Assembly: GCA_965217775.1 (NCBI GenBank)
Contig: CBDCJH010000002.1
Span: forward strand, 3,616,001-3,680,000
DNA length: 64,000 nucleotides
Direction: 5' to 3'
From: Acidobacteriota bacterium
GTDB lineage: Bacteria > Acidobacteriota > UBA6911 > RPQK01 > JAJDTT01
Shown in pieces: positions 9,901 through 18,300 of the stretch (the first letter of the stretch is position 1; each line of letters starts with the position of its first letter). The position numbers and the translations under genes were made by a program. Under the pieces are notes generated by a model, which was not told the DNA's origin, searched no databases, and worked only from the letters and a program-made list of their open reading frames with translations.

Positions 9901-12900
9901 ACACACGCAGACACCGTAACGATCGCAATCAAAGAACTGAGAGCAATTGATGGGTGCCTCCGCGAGTATCGCGATAAGAGCACTGCAACGTTGATCAATA
10001 GCATTCGTGAATTGAAAGGCAAGGCGACGCCCGAGGAAATGTCACTCATTAAGGAGGCCCAAGACACGAATGATCTCGTAACAGTGCGAGAGTACGCGGA
10101 ACGTCTTAAAAATGGAAATCCAATTATAGCCACCGGCTCATCCGAACCGGACAGTTTTGCTGATTTTCTCGACGCCCTGCCCGAGATCAATAATGTACTT
10201 GAAGCATCGAATCGCCCGACACACGGTTCGATTATTGCGGCGGTTAAACGGCGAGAAAGCGTCGCTAGCATTAATTTTGCGTCCATGACCGAACATGAAG
10301 CCACGCAGGCGAGCCATCTCCTAGAGGCGTGGTATCAGATTGCTAGATATCACGAACTGGACAATCGCCTACTCCGCGATCTTTTCTCCCTACTCGGTTT
10401 TGACGTAAAGACAGTCGAGACCGCTGGCGACCGGATAGCAGTAGTCCAAACTGAACCGTTGCAAGACCGAACGCTGTGTCCGATACACATGTTCGGCTCC
10501 GCTGCTAACGGTCAGTACAGGGTCCTACTAAACTGGCGCACACCGGCCCGTGATTCGCTCGTCCAGGCAATCGGCGGACTACGCGGCCAACTTATGGTCC
10601 TCCATTTCGGTCCCCTTGGCGATGATAGAGAGTTCCTTCGCAATTGGTCCTTACAAAACCAACGTCTTTTCCTAGCGATTGACGAAGCTCTGGTACTCTT
10701 TCTTGCCGCAAGACCCAACGGTCGTTTAAAAGCCCTATATGATTCCACACTTCCATACACGGCCGCAGATCCGTTTGTCACGACTTCAAGCCTAGTACCT
10801 CCCGAAATGTTTTATGGTCGCACCTACGAACGGGAGGAAGTGATGAACCAATATGGCGGCTGTTTCGTCTACGGCGGTCGCCAACTTGGGAAGACGGCGC
10901 TTCTCCGTTCCGCAGAAACAGTCTTTCACCACCCAAAGACTAGGCACATCGCTAAATGGATCGATCTCAAAGTTCGTGAAATTGGTTATGCCCGTCAGAC
11001 TGAAGACATTTGGAGCGTTCTTTGGAAAGAGCTAACCGAGGTCGGTATCATTCCTGAAATGGGCTCTCAGCCTAAAGGTACACGCAGCCTCGTTTCGACT
11101 CTCACGCGCGCCATAAAAGAGTGGCTCAAGGACAACAAAGACAGTCGGATCCTATTGCTACTGGACGAAGCGGATGCTTTTCTCGAGGCAGACGCCCACA
11201 CAGATTTCCTTGAGTCTACACGACTCAAGGGATTGATGGATGAAACCGAACGTAGGTTTAAGGTAGTATTTTCTGGTTTACACAATGTATTGCGGACCAC
11301 AGAACGAGCCAACCACCCGCTCGCTCACTTCGGTGATCCCATCTGCATCGGCCCACTTCTCCACAACGGCGAGTGGCAAAGCGCGAGGTCCTTAGCAAGG
11401 GAACCGCTTGCTGCAATCGGTTTTGGATTCGAACATGACAACGTTGTTACGCGTGTACTTGCAAGAACCAACTACTATCCATCGCTTATACAACTATACG
11501 GTGCTGAGTTGGTCCGGTACTTACGTGACTCAACTAGAGTACCTCCCTATCAGGTACGAGCCGACGATGTTAATGCCGTTTTCATGAGGGATGGTCTTCG
11601 CAACTATATTCGAGCCCGTTTTCTTCTCACGCTGCAGCTTGATCCACGCTATGAGGTCATCGCCTATTCAATGGCTCTAGACTTGCAGGAGCACGCGGAG
11701 AACTTGGCAAACGGGTTGTCTTCTGAACACATCGCAGAACAAGCACGATCATGGTGGCCGGATGGCTTCGATATCCCCGACATTGAGTTTGATACGCTAC
11801 TACATGAGATGGCCGGTCTAGGGGTCTTGCGACGCACGATAACAGAGTCCCATGAAGGACAACGTTACACGTTTCGCAACCCCAACGTTTTATTGTTGCT
11901 AGGCACAGCCAGTGATATCGAAAAAGCGCTGTATAAGCCACGAGAATTACCAAAGATATTTGAGGCATCATCGTTTCACGCTAGGTATGTTGGCGACGAT
12001 GATTCACCAAAGCGAGGTCCGCTTACCTACGATCAGGAGGCACGACTTCGAAATCACAGAGGCGTCGCGATACTTACGGGCACTCAAGCAGCAAATATTA
12101 GACAGGTTAGCAAGTTTCTCTCGGGTCGATTAGGGTCGAGTAATTTCAGGGAACTTGAGCCATGCTATGACACAAATAGATTGGAACGCCAGCTCACAAG
12201 TTTACGACCTGATCGACGACAGGGCCTCCATGTCTACATGGTGCCCTTCGAAACTCCGTGGAGTGCGCTATGGCTTGACAGAGCTGCCAAAACTCTTAGG
12301 AGAGTCCAGCGACGCAATCTAATTCGAGTCGTGTTCATTGCTGAACCACAGACTCTATGGAGTGTGTTGGCCGACATCGACGAAAACGCGATTCTTGCGT
12401 ATCTTAAGTCGGACACTAGGTATCTTAAGTCGGACGCTCGACAAACTCGCAAACGGATTGATTGGATAGGTCTTGGACCTTGGGATTTCAGCTTCCTGCG
12501 CCGATGGTGTGATGACCACGATCTTCAGGTCGATCAGGAGGTTATCGATAAGTTGATGGAAATGTCGGGAGGATGGCCGAAGATCTTGGAGCAATACGAC
12601 CGATCTCCTCATAAGCATTCACGAAATAGGTTGGCGGCATTGGATCAATTCATTATCCGCCACCGTTCCGATCTGTTGCGGCATCTGGGAATCGATACGC
12701 CTCTAGTTCAATTCGAGCTTGAAACATTGTTTTCGTACGAGGCATTCACGCCCGATCAGGTGATCCAGCTTGTAAAAATGCAACGAGAGTCACGGGAAGA
12801 ATCTCTTAGCAGCGTTTCGTTGCGGCGACGTTTGATCTGGGCACAACATCTCGGCATTCTGCAGAACCCGACTGGAACCTGGCAGGTCAATCCTCTAGTT

Positions 12901-12927
12901 CAGAAAATGCTAAAGAAAGAGTCTTAA
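6901..12927 (+). CDS. 2008-aa multidomain STAND-type P-loop NTPase (one intact and one degenerate NTPase module)
   Basis: FYGR, Walker A GGRQLGKT (10873-10896), Walker B ILLLLDEAD, TNYYP helical motif and a winged-helix-like LHEMAGLGVL. A second module has a degenerate Walker A (ILTGTQAA), SGGWP and a second wHTH-like segment. Confidence 0.85.
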   Translation: MDTYMNLPTQPSVPSGLPAYLVGQAGFDHLCTLLGIETTARKQSVVGSEAVRRALKQLGPAPRGLRRAGRLKWSLVTFYSSPRHRLRNWQIHVDADLDSSKLIPSLEANIISKFDNDLYTAAIDDAALVDCHNFFDAEEELEPWKQPAVGALPIIHREILNWQKLELKRRDIVALAAFAVATILEDSRLLFWAAETVDDLATEFSFMGDSFTSRVDDVESDQISNVPARKQNVVQTFRNACKDLAEIALKLRCDPPDFQLFQDLSRRYDAVRDLRERAISELVANQVTNFLTAIEETILSQATDASWLGGEVEKILASWAGEYPTNNTDLETLKTDVERVKHDLPVAINAWHSAVKTTQTMLRDLREVEVEGGLAGQLSANRRAEELYTAIAAAKRGEIDAIHHALQLASPSGQGCTIASAAQSEEEPLSNQNAELTDNDNGIETTQEHQAPFQHQPEPPPAKPDIVGGGDVHPTIVQETTATDATESPTATDQATTRNISDESTLPQSETGDQLDSPISALAEPAWQAIGHHLPGIAYHIVRLTPFEQRNPTFPPADLVAAAAVANSVNVPNDKVVETLTEYLTGIHPNDLKRDNEDVRDALHLLLLSATLRPALFAPSAGGLSQLRHLELSSAFSSVYELAEVVANHAESLQAISLDVARVRGALSKTAWQYQVEQHMEAVQQWLRNAGSQRILHGPTQRVWKHWQRKDGILGELVDLLLNIDQTNQDRVREIQAKLEDRQAYVTLVNYTDRIQLGRKTGKNIEGRALTQLRKHTVPILEFLRNWHRLLAAKPDPTNYIDRTIVSLRHALHIHGPAAILTLNNFELQQPILPVAAAIKWARISIEDLVALFDSTDAVDVTERQPQLVNVDHDLVFAVDVDIDRDYHFADGQDPKLCLSYLAQTALRPPTLPEAFHARSGRGDLIGARLACDRMDAVADSEADRCRIDLDNIIQQKRRELRALRMKLTGDIEQSYCLGQLTPDQRDDLAARCVATHVATTHADTVTIAIKELRAIDGCLREYRDKSTATLINSIRELKGKATPEEMSLIKEAQDTNDLVTVREYAERLKNGNPIIATGSSEPDSFADFLDALPEINNVLEASNRPTHGSIIAAVKRRESVASINFASMTEHEATQASHLLEAWYQIARYHELDNRLLRDLFSLLGFDVKTVETAGDRIAVVQTEPLQDRTLCPIHMFGSAANGQYRVLLNWRTPARDSLVQAIGGLRGQLMVLHFGPLGDDREFLRNWSLQNQRLFLAIDEALVLFLAARPNGRLKALYDSTLPYTAADPFVTTSSLVPPEMFYGRTYEREEVMNQYGGCFVYGGRQLGKTALLRSAETVFHHPKTRHIAKWIDLKVREIGYARQTEDIWSVLWKELTEVGIIPEMGSQPKGTRSLVSTLTRAIKEWLKDNKDSRILLLLDEADAFLEADAHTDFLESTRLKGLMDETERRFKVVFSGLHNVLRTTERANHPLAHFGDPICIGPLLHNGEWQSARSLAREPLAAIGFGFEHDNVVTRVLARTNYYPSLIQLYGAELVRYLRDSTRVPPYQVRADDVNAVFMRDGLRNYIRARFLLTLQLDPRYEVIAYSMALDLQEHAENLANGLSSEHIAEQARSWWPDGFDIPDIEFDTLLHEMAGLGVLRRTITESHEGQRYTFRNPNVLLLLGTASDIEKALYKPRELPKIFEASSFHARYVGDDDSPKRGPLTYDQEARLRNHRGVAILTGTQAANIRQVSKFLSGRLGSSNFRELEPCYDTNRLERQLTSLRPDRRQGLHVYMVPFETPWSALWLDRAAKTLRRVQRRNLIRVVFIAEPQTLWSVLADIDENAILAYLKSDTRYLKSDARQTRKRIDWIGLGPWDFSFLRRWCDDHDLQVDQEVIDKLMEMSGGWPKILEQYDRSPHKHSRNRLAALDQFIIRHRSDLLRHLGIDTPLVQFELETLFSYEAFTPDQVIQLVKMQRESREESLSSVSLRRRLIWAQHLGILQNPTGTWQVNPLVQKMLKKES
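12399..12435 (+). repeat. In-frame 21-bp-period tandem duplication
   Basis: GTATCTTAAGTCGGAC at 12399 and 12420, encoding YLKSDTR-YLKSDAR. Confidence 0.9.
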
Positions 12928-12932
12928 CTAAA

Positions 12933-14048
12933 ATGAGGCTATGGGATTTGCCTGGGGCCGTACGGTTTGTTGATGCGATACAGCAGTCATTACGTGCTGG
13001 TGTGAATGTGGTTGCTCGGTTTCCCAGGACGGTTCCATCAGGATTCCGGGACACAGTTTCATTGGGTCTAACTCAGTTACTTGCTGTCGGAAGTATCGAG
13101 TGCGGACCCTCGCCGTTCGAACAGCTCTGTGGGAAGTTTTCTCCCGGTAGATTTTTTCAAGAGGACGACCTGCAGGAGCTGTGCGAGGATGATGGCTTTC
13201 AGGGACGTCTTATTTGGCTGGAGCGCCTCGACGAACGAACGTGGCCCAACTGGCGGACCTTCTTGACACGATATGCACAAGCAAGTCGGAACGTTTCTGC
13301 TTTTGGACGAACGTTATTTATGGCGACGCTTGACGGGGCACCGCCTGGGGATCCACTGGACGCTGACGTCACAATCGTGACGCATGATTGGTCTAATGTC
13401 ATAGACGAAATTGACCTTCTGTTTCTGGCCAATGATCGGTTGTTGCCGACGAAGTCCGATCCGGTTCAACGGCTACTACTCTCTACTACCGTGGCGAGGG
13501 TGGCGTCTTGGGACTTCGAGACGGCGGGACAGATGCTCGACGGCGGGACAGAAATTATTCTCGATCCCTTGGAGATGTTGAGGTCAATTGCAATTTGCAA
13601 GGGCTGGACAACTGCCACACCAGTTGCTTGGGAATTGGGAACTGCTTCGGGTAGTGGGGTTGTCCACCCAGCCCTTGCTGCTCTCGAAAACCCAGCAAGG
13701 GAGATCCGCCGACGGCTGTGGAGCGCTCAGGCGTCCGTACTGTTTCCACTCATCGAGTCTCGACGGGACGAGATCGTACGGCGGAATCTGTATGTAATTC
13801 GACGATACCTGCACAACTGCGGTGACGATGCGACAGATCCTCGGGACATGGAGATCGGTGACCTGTATTCCATGTTTCGGCGCGCAAATGGAAGCTGGCG
13901 ACTCCGAAAAAGCGTCAAGAGTCTCCGCAATGCCCGTAATGCACTTGCCCACCTAGATCCGTTACCGGCACAACAAGCCCTTGAACTGGCGCGAGTCAAT
14001 CGTGGCTATAATTCTAGAATGGGCAGGACCCATTTTACGATAAACTAG
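12933..14048 (+). CDS. 371-aa protein with a C-terminal HEPN-like RNase motif and a possible inactive NTPase-like N-terminus
   Basis: C-terminal DMEIGDL...LRNARNALAHL (R-x4-H at 13935-13952); starts 5 nt after the NTPase stop. Confidence 0.7.
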   Translation: MRLWDLPGAVRFVDAIQQSLRAGVNVVARFPRTVPSGFRDTVSLGLTQLLAVGSIECGPSPFEQLCGKFSPGRFFQEDDLQELCEDDGFQGRLIWLERLDERTWPNWRTFLTRYAQASRNVSAFGRTLFMATLDGAPPGDPLDADVTIVTHDWSNVIDEIDLLFLANDRLLPTKSDPVQRLLLSTTVARVASWDFETAGQMLDGGTEIILDPLEMLRSIAICKGWTTATPVAWELGTASGSGVVHPALAALENPAREIRRRLWSAQASVLFPLIESRRDEIVRRNLYVIRRYLHNCGDDATDPRDMEIGDLYSMFRRANGSWRLRKSVKSLRNARNALAHLDPLPAQQALELARVNRGYNSRMGRTHFTIN

Positions 14049-14155
14049 TTATCAGCATGATTCCATGCTCGGCCAGGGGCGAGCCTTTACGCGAAATCGC
14101 GACAGTTTCAAGGCCGAGAGGATTAGGATTGGACTAATGAGAACAGCCCGCTGAC

Positions 14156-15058
14156 TCAGTTGCGCCTACTGTTTCGCTCGATCCCCTCTTCTTGCTTTAC
14201 TCGTTTCGTTCTCATTCCCGAGTTCTCTCCCTGCAGGATCACCCGGGCTACCGTAAGGATCAGGATTCGACCGGCTTTGCCGTCCCGCTTGAGGACCTTT
14301 GAGGTCTCGTGGGAGGTGGCGCCCGTGGTGAGGATGTCGTCTACCAGGACCAGATCCTCTCCCGAGATTCGGCGTGCCTGCCGGAGCCGGAAGGCGTTGC
14401 GGACGTTCCTCCTTCGAGCCTTCAGGTCGAGTCCGAACTGGGGCAGAGTCGGACGCGACCTGCAAAGGCCCGGGAACACCGGAAGGTTCAGTCTTCGGCC
14501 CAGGGTTCGAGTCAGGAGGAGCGTCTGGTCGAATCCCCGTTTCCTCCGGCGCCGCGGATGGGAAGGGACCGGGACCAGCCAGGAAGGTGAAAAGGGATCG
14601 GGCCGCGCCCGGTAGGCTTCCTCCAGCAGGGACGCCAGAGGATGCGCCAGGCGGCGGTGGCCGGAGAATTTGAAGCGATGGATCAACAGTCTCAGGGTTC
14701 CGGCGTACGGTCCCCAGGCCCGAGTCGAGTGATGGAAGGGTCGTGTCCCCCGGCAGGACGCGCAGGGCTCCGGAGCCCCTGGATCTTTCTCCCGATCCGG
14801 AACCGGCAAATCACCGGCCGGCGCAGGCCCGCCACAAATCGGGCAGAGAGGATCCTGGAACCTGGGCAGTTGCAGGAAGCATTCGGAACAAAGGGGACTG
14901 GCATCCGGATTGGCGACCCAGCGGCCGCACAGGACGCAGCTTTGGGGAAAAAAGAGGACTTGGAGCCCCTGGAAAAGGCGCTTCCACAGAGTGATCCCCG
15001 GAACGGAAGACACACTGAACGAAACGTCCGATCCGGAAAACCTGCGAAGAGAATCCAA
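14156..15058 (-). CDS. comF: ComF family protein (double zinc ribbon plus PRTase domain)
   Basis: FPQSCVLCG, CSEC, CPICG, CASC, VPVP.H..R...RGFDQ and LVDDILTTGAT motifs. Confidence 0.9.
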   Translation of the reverse strand: MDSLRRFSGSDVSFSVSSVPGITLWKRLFQGLQVLFFPQSCVLCGRWVANPDASPLCSECFLQLPRFQDPLCPICGGPAPAGDLPVPDREKDPGAPEPCASCRGTRPFHHSTRAWGPYAGTLRLLIHRFKFSGHRRLAHPLASLLEEAYRARPDPFSPSWLVPVPSHPRRRRKRGFDQTLLLTRTLGRRLNLPVFPGLCRSRPTLPQFGLDLKARRRNVRNAFRLRQARRISGEDLVLVDDILTTGATSHETSKVLKRDGKAGRILILTVARVILQGENSGMRTKRVKQEEGIERNSRRN

Positions 15059-15074
15059 GTCCCCGAGGGAAGTG

Positions 15075-15434
15075 TCAGGAAAGTCGGCCCGACTCTTTCA
15101 TCTCCTGACAGTGGACGCAGAGAAGTGCCCAGGGCACAGCCTCCAGCCTCCGGCGCCGCACGGTTTCGCCACAGTGGGTGCACTCACCATAAGAGCCGTC
15201 CTGGATTCGTTCCAGGGCCTCCTCAACCAGGATGATCAATTGCCGTTCCAGGTTGCTGAGGCTGAACATGAACTCTTTGGTGTAGGACTTGGAGGCCCGA
15301 TCCGCCATGTCCATGGCTTCGCCCTCGCCGTCTATCTCCCGGCCATAACTCTCGGCCTTGTGGACGACGTCGATGAGTGCGGTTTTCTTTTGCAGGAGCT
15401 GCTTCTTGAAGTAGTCCAGGTCTCTGGATCTCAT
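15075..15434 (-). CDS. dksA: TraR/DksA family transcription factor
   Basis: DMADRA coiled-coil tip and YGECTHCG...RLEAVPWALLCVHC zinc finger. Confidence 0.88.
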   Translation of the reverse strand: MRSRDLDYFKKQLLQKKTALIDVVHKAESYGREIDGEGEAMDMADRASKSYTKEFMFSLSNLERQLIILVEEALERIQDGSYGECTHCGETVRRRRLEAVPWALLCVHCQEMKESGRLS

Positions 15435-15544
15435 GCCAAACCTCCACTACTTTGTGTAACTCAATATACGACAGGCTCCCGAAAAGGTTCAGGTTCCGTG
15501 GTGAAGGTTGCAATCGGGAGCTGTGGGCCCCCGAAATTCGAGGA

Positions 15545-15901
15545 TCAGGCCTGCGGAGTGAGCACCAGCAGCCGGCCGTCGCTCCACAGTTTCTCCAATT
15601 GGTAGAAGGCTCGTGCACGCAGCGAGAAGATGTGGACCACGAAATCCAGATAGTCGAGTAGAATCCACTCGCCGCCTTCGTATCCCTCGACATGCGTGGG
15701 CCGGACCTTCTCCTGGTTCCTCAGGCGATGCCGGATCTCGTCGCAGATCGCCTGATTCTGTCGCTGGTTGTTCCCCTGGCAGATCACGAAGAAGTCGGTG
15801 AAGGACGAGATCTCGGAGATGTCCACGACCTGGACATCCTCTCCCCTCTTTTCTTGAATAGACTCACAAACCAGGGTCAGCAATTCTCTTGTTGTCTTCA
15901 T
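15545..15901 (-). CDS. rsfS: Ribosome silencing factor
   Basis: EKRGEDVQVVD, FTDFFVICQG and WILLDYLDFVVHIF...FYQLEKLW; start trimmed to ATG 15901. Confidence 0.93.
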   Translation of the reverse strand: MKTTRELLTLVCESIQEKRGEDVQVVDISEISSFTDFFVICQGNNQRQNQAICDEIRHRLRNQEKVRPTHVEGYEGGEWILLDYLDFVVHIFSLRARAFYQLEKLWSDGRLLVLTPQA

Positions 15902-16526
15902 AGAGGTGGTACTTCCGAATGTACTGCAAAACCGTGGGAGAAACCTGCCCGGAAAGGGGACGGCCCCTTCCGGTGAGGCTCTCCCGGACTCGGCTCGAGC
16001 TGATGTCGGGCGCTCCGATGTCCACCAGGATGGAGCGTCCCGAACGGATCTCCGGACTGGAGGAACTCCCTGCTCTGATCTGCTCCAGCCGTATTTCCGG
16101 AAAGAGGGCGGCATCGACTCGTGCTCCCGCCCGCTGCACGAAGACACAGCAATTGTCCCGCAGGAGGACCGAATGGTCCTTCCAGATGTGGATGTCCCGC
16201 AACGAGTCGCTTCCACCGATGAAGCAGAAACGGTGGCTGGGGTAGCTCTCGCGCAAGAGTGCCATGGTCTGGACGGTGTAACTGGGTCCGCGGCGCCTGA
16301 GCTCGAAGTCGGAAGCGTACAGGCGGGACTCTTCCAGGGTCTCCAGAACGACCATGGCAAGGCGATGATGCTGCGCAGCCACCCCGTTCCTCGGCTTGTG
16401 GGGAGGCAGCCGGGACACCATCAGGAGGACCCGGTCCAGCGCCAGCAGGCGCCGAACCTGGTCGGCAATATAGGTATGCCCCCGGTGGACAGGGTCGAAG
16501 GTGCCCCCGTAGATACCGACCCTCAA
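15864..16526 (-). CDS. nadD: Nicotinate-nucleotide adenylyltransferase
   Basis: GIYGGTFDPVHRGH, PPHK, SYT, FIGGSD and ISSS.VR motifs. Confidence 0.95.
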   Translation of the reverse strand: MRVGIYGGTFDPVHRGHTYIADQVRRLLALDRVLLMVSRLPPHKPRNGVAAQHHRLAMVVLETLEESRLYASDFELRRRGPSYTVQTMALLRESYPSHRFCFIGGSDSLRDIHIWKDHSVLLRDNCCVFVQRAGARVDAALFPEIRLEQIRAGSSSSPEIRSGRSILVDIGAPDISSSRVRESLTGRGRPLSGQVSPTVLQYIRKYHLYEDNKRIADPGL

Positions 16527-17524
16527 CCCTTGGCGACTCCCAACTGCTCGGTCAACGACCGCTTCAATTCCTGGATTCCATCACCCCGGACCGACGAGAT
16601 GCGGCCAAAGGGAACACCTTCCCGGGAACAGTACTCCTGGAGTCTCCTCACCTTTGCCAGGTTTGCGGCATCCATTTTCGAAGCCGCCACCATTTGAGGC
16701 TTGGCCGGCAGGGCGGCCCCATAGAGCGCCAATTCCTTCTGAACCGTCCGCACCGCAATGACGGGGTCCTCCGGACCGAAGTCCGTGACGTCCACCAGAT
16801 GAAGCAGGACACGGCATCGTTCGATGTGCCTGAGAAACTGGCCGCCCAGACCGTGACCCTCGTGGGCGCCCTTGATCAGGCCCGGGATGTCGGCGACGAC
16901 GCAGGTCCGAAAACCTTCCAGCGAAACCGTTCCCAGATTGGGCGTCAGGGTGGTGAAAGGGTAGTCGGCGATCTTGGGGCGAGCCGAGGAGATCACCGAG
17001 ATCAGAGTCGATTTCCCGGCGTTGGGGAGCCCGACCAGACCGACGTCGGCCAGCACCTTGAGCTCCAGGACAAGGTGCTTTTCCTCTCCCGCCCCGCCGG
17101 CTTCCCACCTTCTGGGAGCTTGATTGGTGGAAGTGGCGAAGGCCGCATTGCCGCGCCCGCCCCGGCCGCCCTTGGCTACCAGACGATTGAGGCCCGGTTG
17201 GTCCAGATCGAACAAGAGCTCGCGCGTGCTCTTGAGATAGATCTGAGTGCCGACCGGGAGATCGATGAACAGGTCCTTGCCCTTCTTCCCGTGGCGCTGG
17301 GAGCCGGAACCGTGAGAGCCGCTGCCGGCTTTGAACTCCCGCTTGTAGCGGAACGGCAGCAGGGTGTTCAGGTGGTTGGTGCTGCGGAAGTAGACGTTTC
17401 CCCCATCGCCGCCGTCGCCGCCGCTGGGTCCTCCGCGGGGAACGAACTTCTCCCGGCGAAACGCCAGGCAACCGTTCCCCCCGTCGCCGGCTTTGACGAA
17501 AACTCTGGTGTGGTCCAGAAACAT
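16523..17524 (-). CDS. obgE: GTPase ObgE
   Basis: MFLDHTRVFVKAGDGGNG, GLPNAGKST, YPFTT and DIPG; start trimmed to ATG 17524. Confidence 0.97.
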   Translation of the reverse strand: MFLDHTRVFVKAGDGGNGCLAFRREKFVPRGGPSGGDGGDGGNVYFRSTNHLNTLLPFRYKREFKAGSGSHGSGSQRHGKKGKDLFIDLPVGTQIYLKSTRELLFDLDQPGLNRLVAKGGRGGRGNAAFATSTNQAPRRWEAGGAGEEKHLVLELKVLADVGLVGLPNAGKSTLISVISSARPKIADYPFTTLTPNLGTVSLEGFRTCVVADIPGLIKGAHEGHGLGGQFLRHIERCRVLLHLVDVTDFGPEDPVIAVRTVQKELALYGAALPAKPQMVAASKMDAANLAKVRRLQEYCSREGVPFGRISSVRGDGIQELKRSLTEQLGVAKG

Positions 17525-17570
17525 GCACGCAAAGTGGAGATCCAGGGTCCGATCTCCGGAATTCTGCGGG

Positions 17571-17822
17571 CTAGCTGATAATGTGAACGTAACGCCCCAG
17601 CCGTCCCCGGCGCTGGAACCGGACTTTACCTGCAGTGCGGGCGAAAAGGGTGTCGTCGCGGCCCCGGCCCACATTGGTGCCGGGCTTGATGGGAGTCCCC
17701 CGTTGGCGGACCAGAATCGACCCGGCCGTGACCAACTGGCCGTCGAACCGCTTGACGCCGAGACGCTTGGAATGGCTGTCCCGGCCATTTCGAGAACTGC
17801 CCAAACCCTTCTTGTGTGCCAT
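17571..17822 (-). CDS. rpmA: 50S ribosomal protein L27
   Basis: [24 protein letters not shown]. Confidence 0.98.
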   Translation of the reverse strand: MAHKKGLGSSRNGRDSHSKRLGVKRFDGQLVTAGSILVRQRGTPIKPGTNVGRGRDDTLFARTAGKVRFQRRGRLGRYVHIIS

Positions 17823-17827
17823 GGCGT

Positions 17828-18163
17828 CTACTCCCGGACCGGACTCTCGTCTCCAATTCGAATGGGCCCGATCTCCACTTCGGTGAAGCGCTGGCGATGA
17901 CCTTGCTTGCGCCGATACATCTTGCGGCGCTTGAACTTGAAGACCGTGACCTTCCGATCCTTACCCTGCTCGACGATGGTGCCGGTGACGCGGACGTCAC
18001 TCAGCAACGGCGTGCCGACCTCGGTGGAATCCGGATGGCCGACCAACAACACGTCCTCCAGGCTGACCGCATCGCCTACTTCTCCCGCGATGCGCTCCAG
18101 CCGGACCCGGTCCCCTTCGGCGACCCGATACTGTTTCCCGCCGCTACGAATGATTGCGTACAA
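17828..18163 (-). CDS. rplU: 50S ribosomal protein L21
   Basis: [13 protein letters not shown]...[14 protein letters not shown]. Confidence 0.98.
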   Translation of the reverse strand: MYAIIRSGGKQYRVAEGDRVRLERIAGEVGDAVSLEDVLLVGHPDSTEVGTPLLSDVRVTGTIVEQGKDRKVTVFKFKRRKMYRRKQGHRQRFTEVEIGPIRIGDESPVRE

Positions 18164-18200
18164 ACCGATTCTCCCGGATCGACGTATTCAGAGGCTGCTT

Positions 18201-18229
18201 AGTATATTTGCGAACCCCGATCCTGTCAA
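18201..18229 (-). promoter_or_regulatory. sigma70 promoter of rplU-rpmA-obgE
   Basis: Minus strand TTGACA (18229-18224), 17-nt spacer, TATACT (18206-18201). Confidence 0.8.
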
Positions 18230-18300
18230 AAATCCACCCCCCGCAAGGTGCCCCGCCGGAATCGGTCAGGTACCGGCTGTTCACTATCGTCTCCCGGGGA

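Larger units (their letters stand above)
6300..14150. mobile_element. Lower-GC horizontally acquired two-gene island (no integrase seen); boundaries approximate
   Basis: Hand counts: line 9001-9060 has 28/60 GC versus 43/60 for line 1501-1560. It interrupts the minus-strand housekeeping run between comF and ftcD. Confidence 0.7.
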
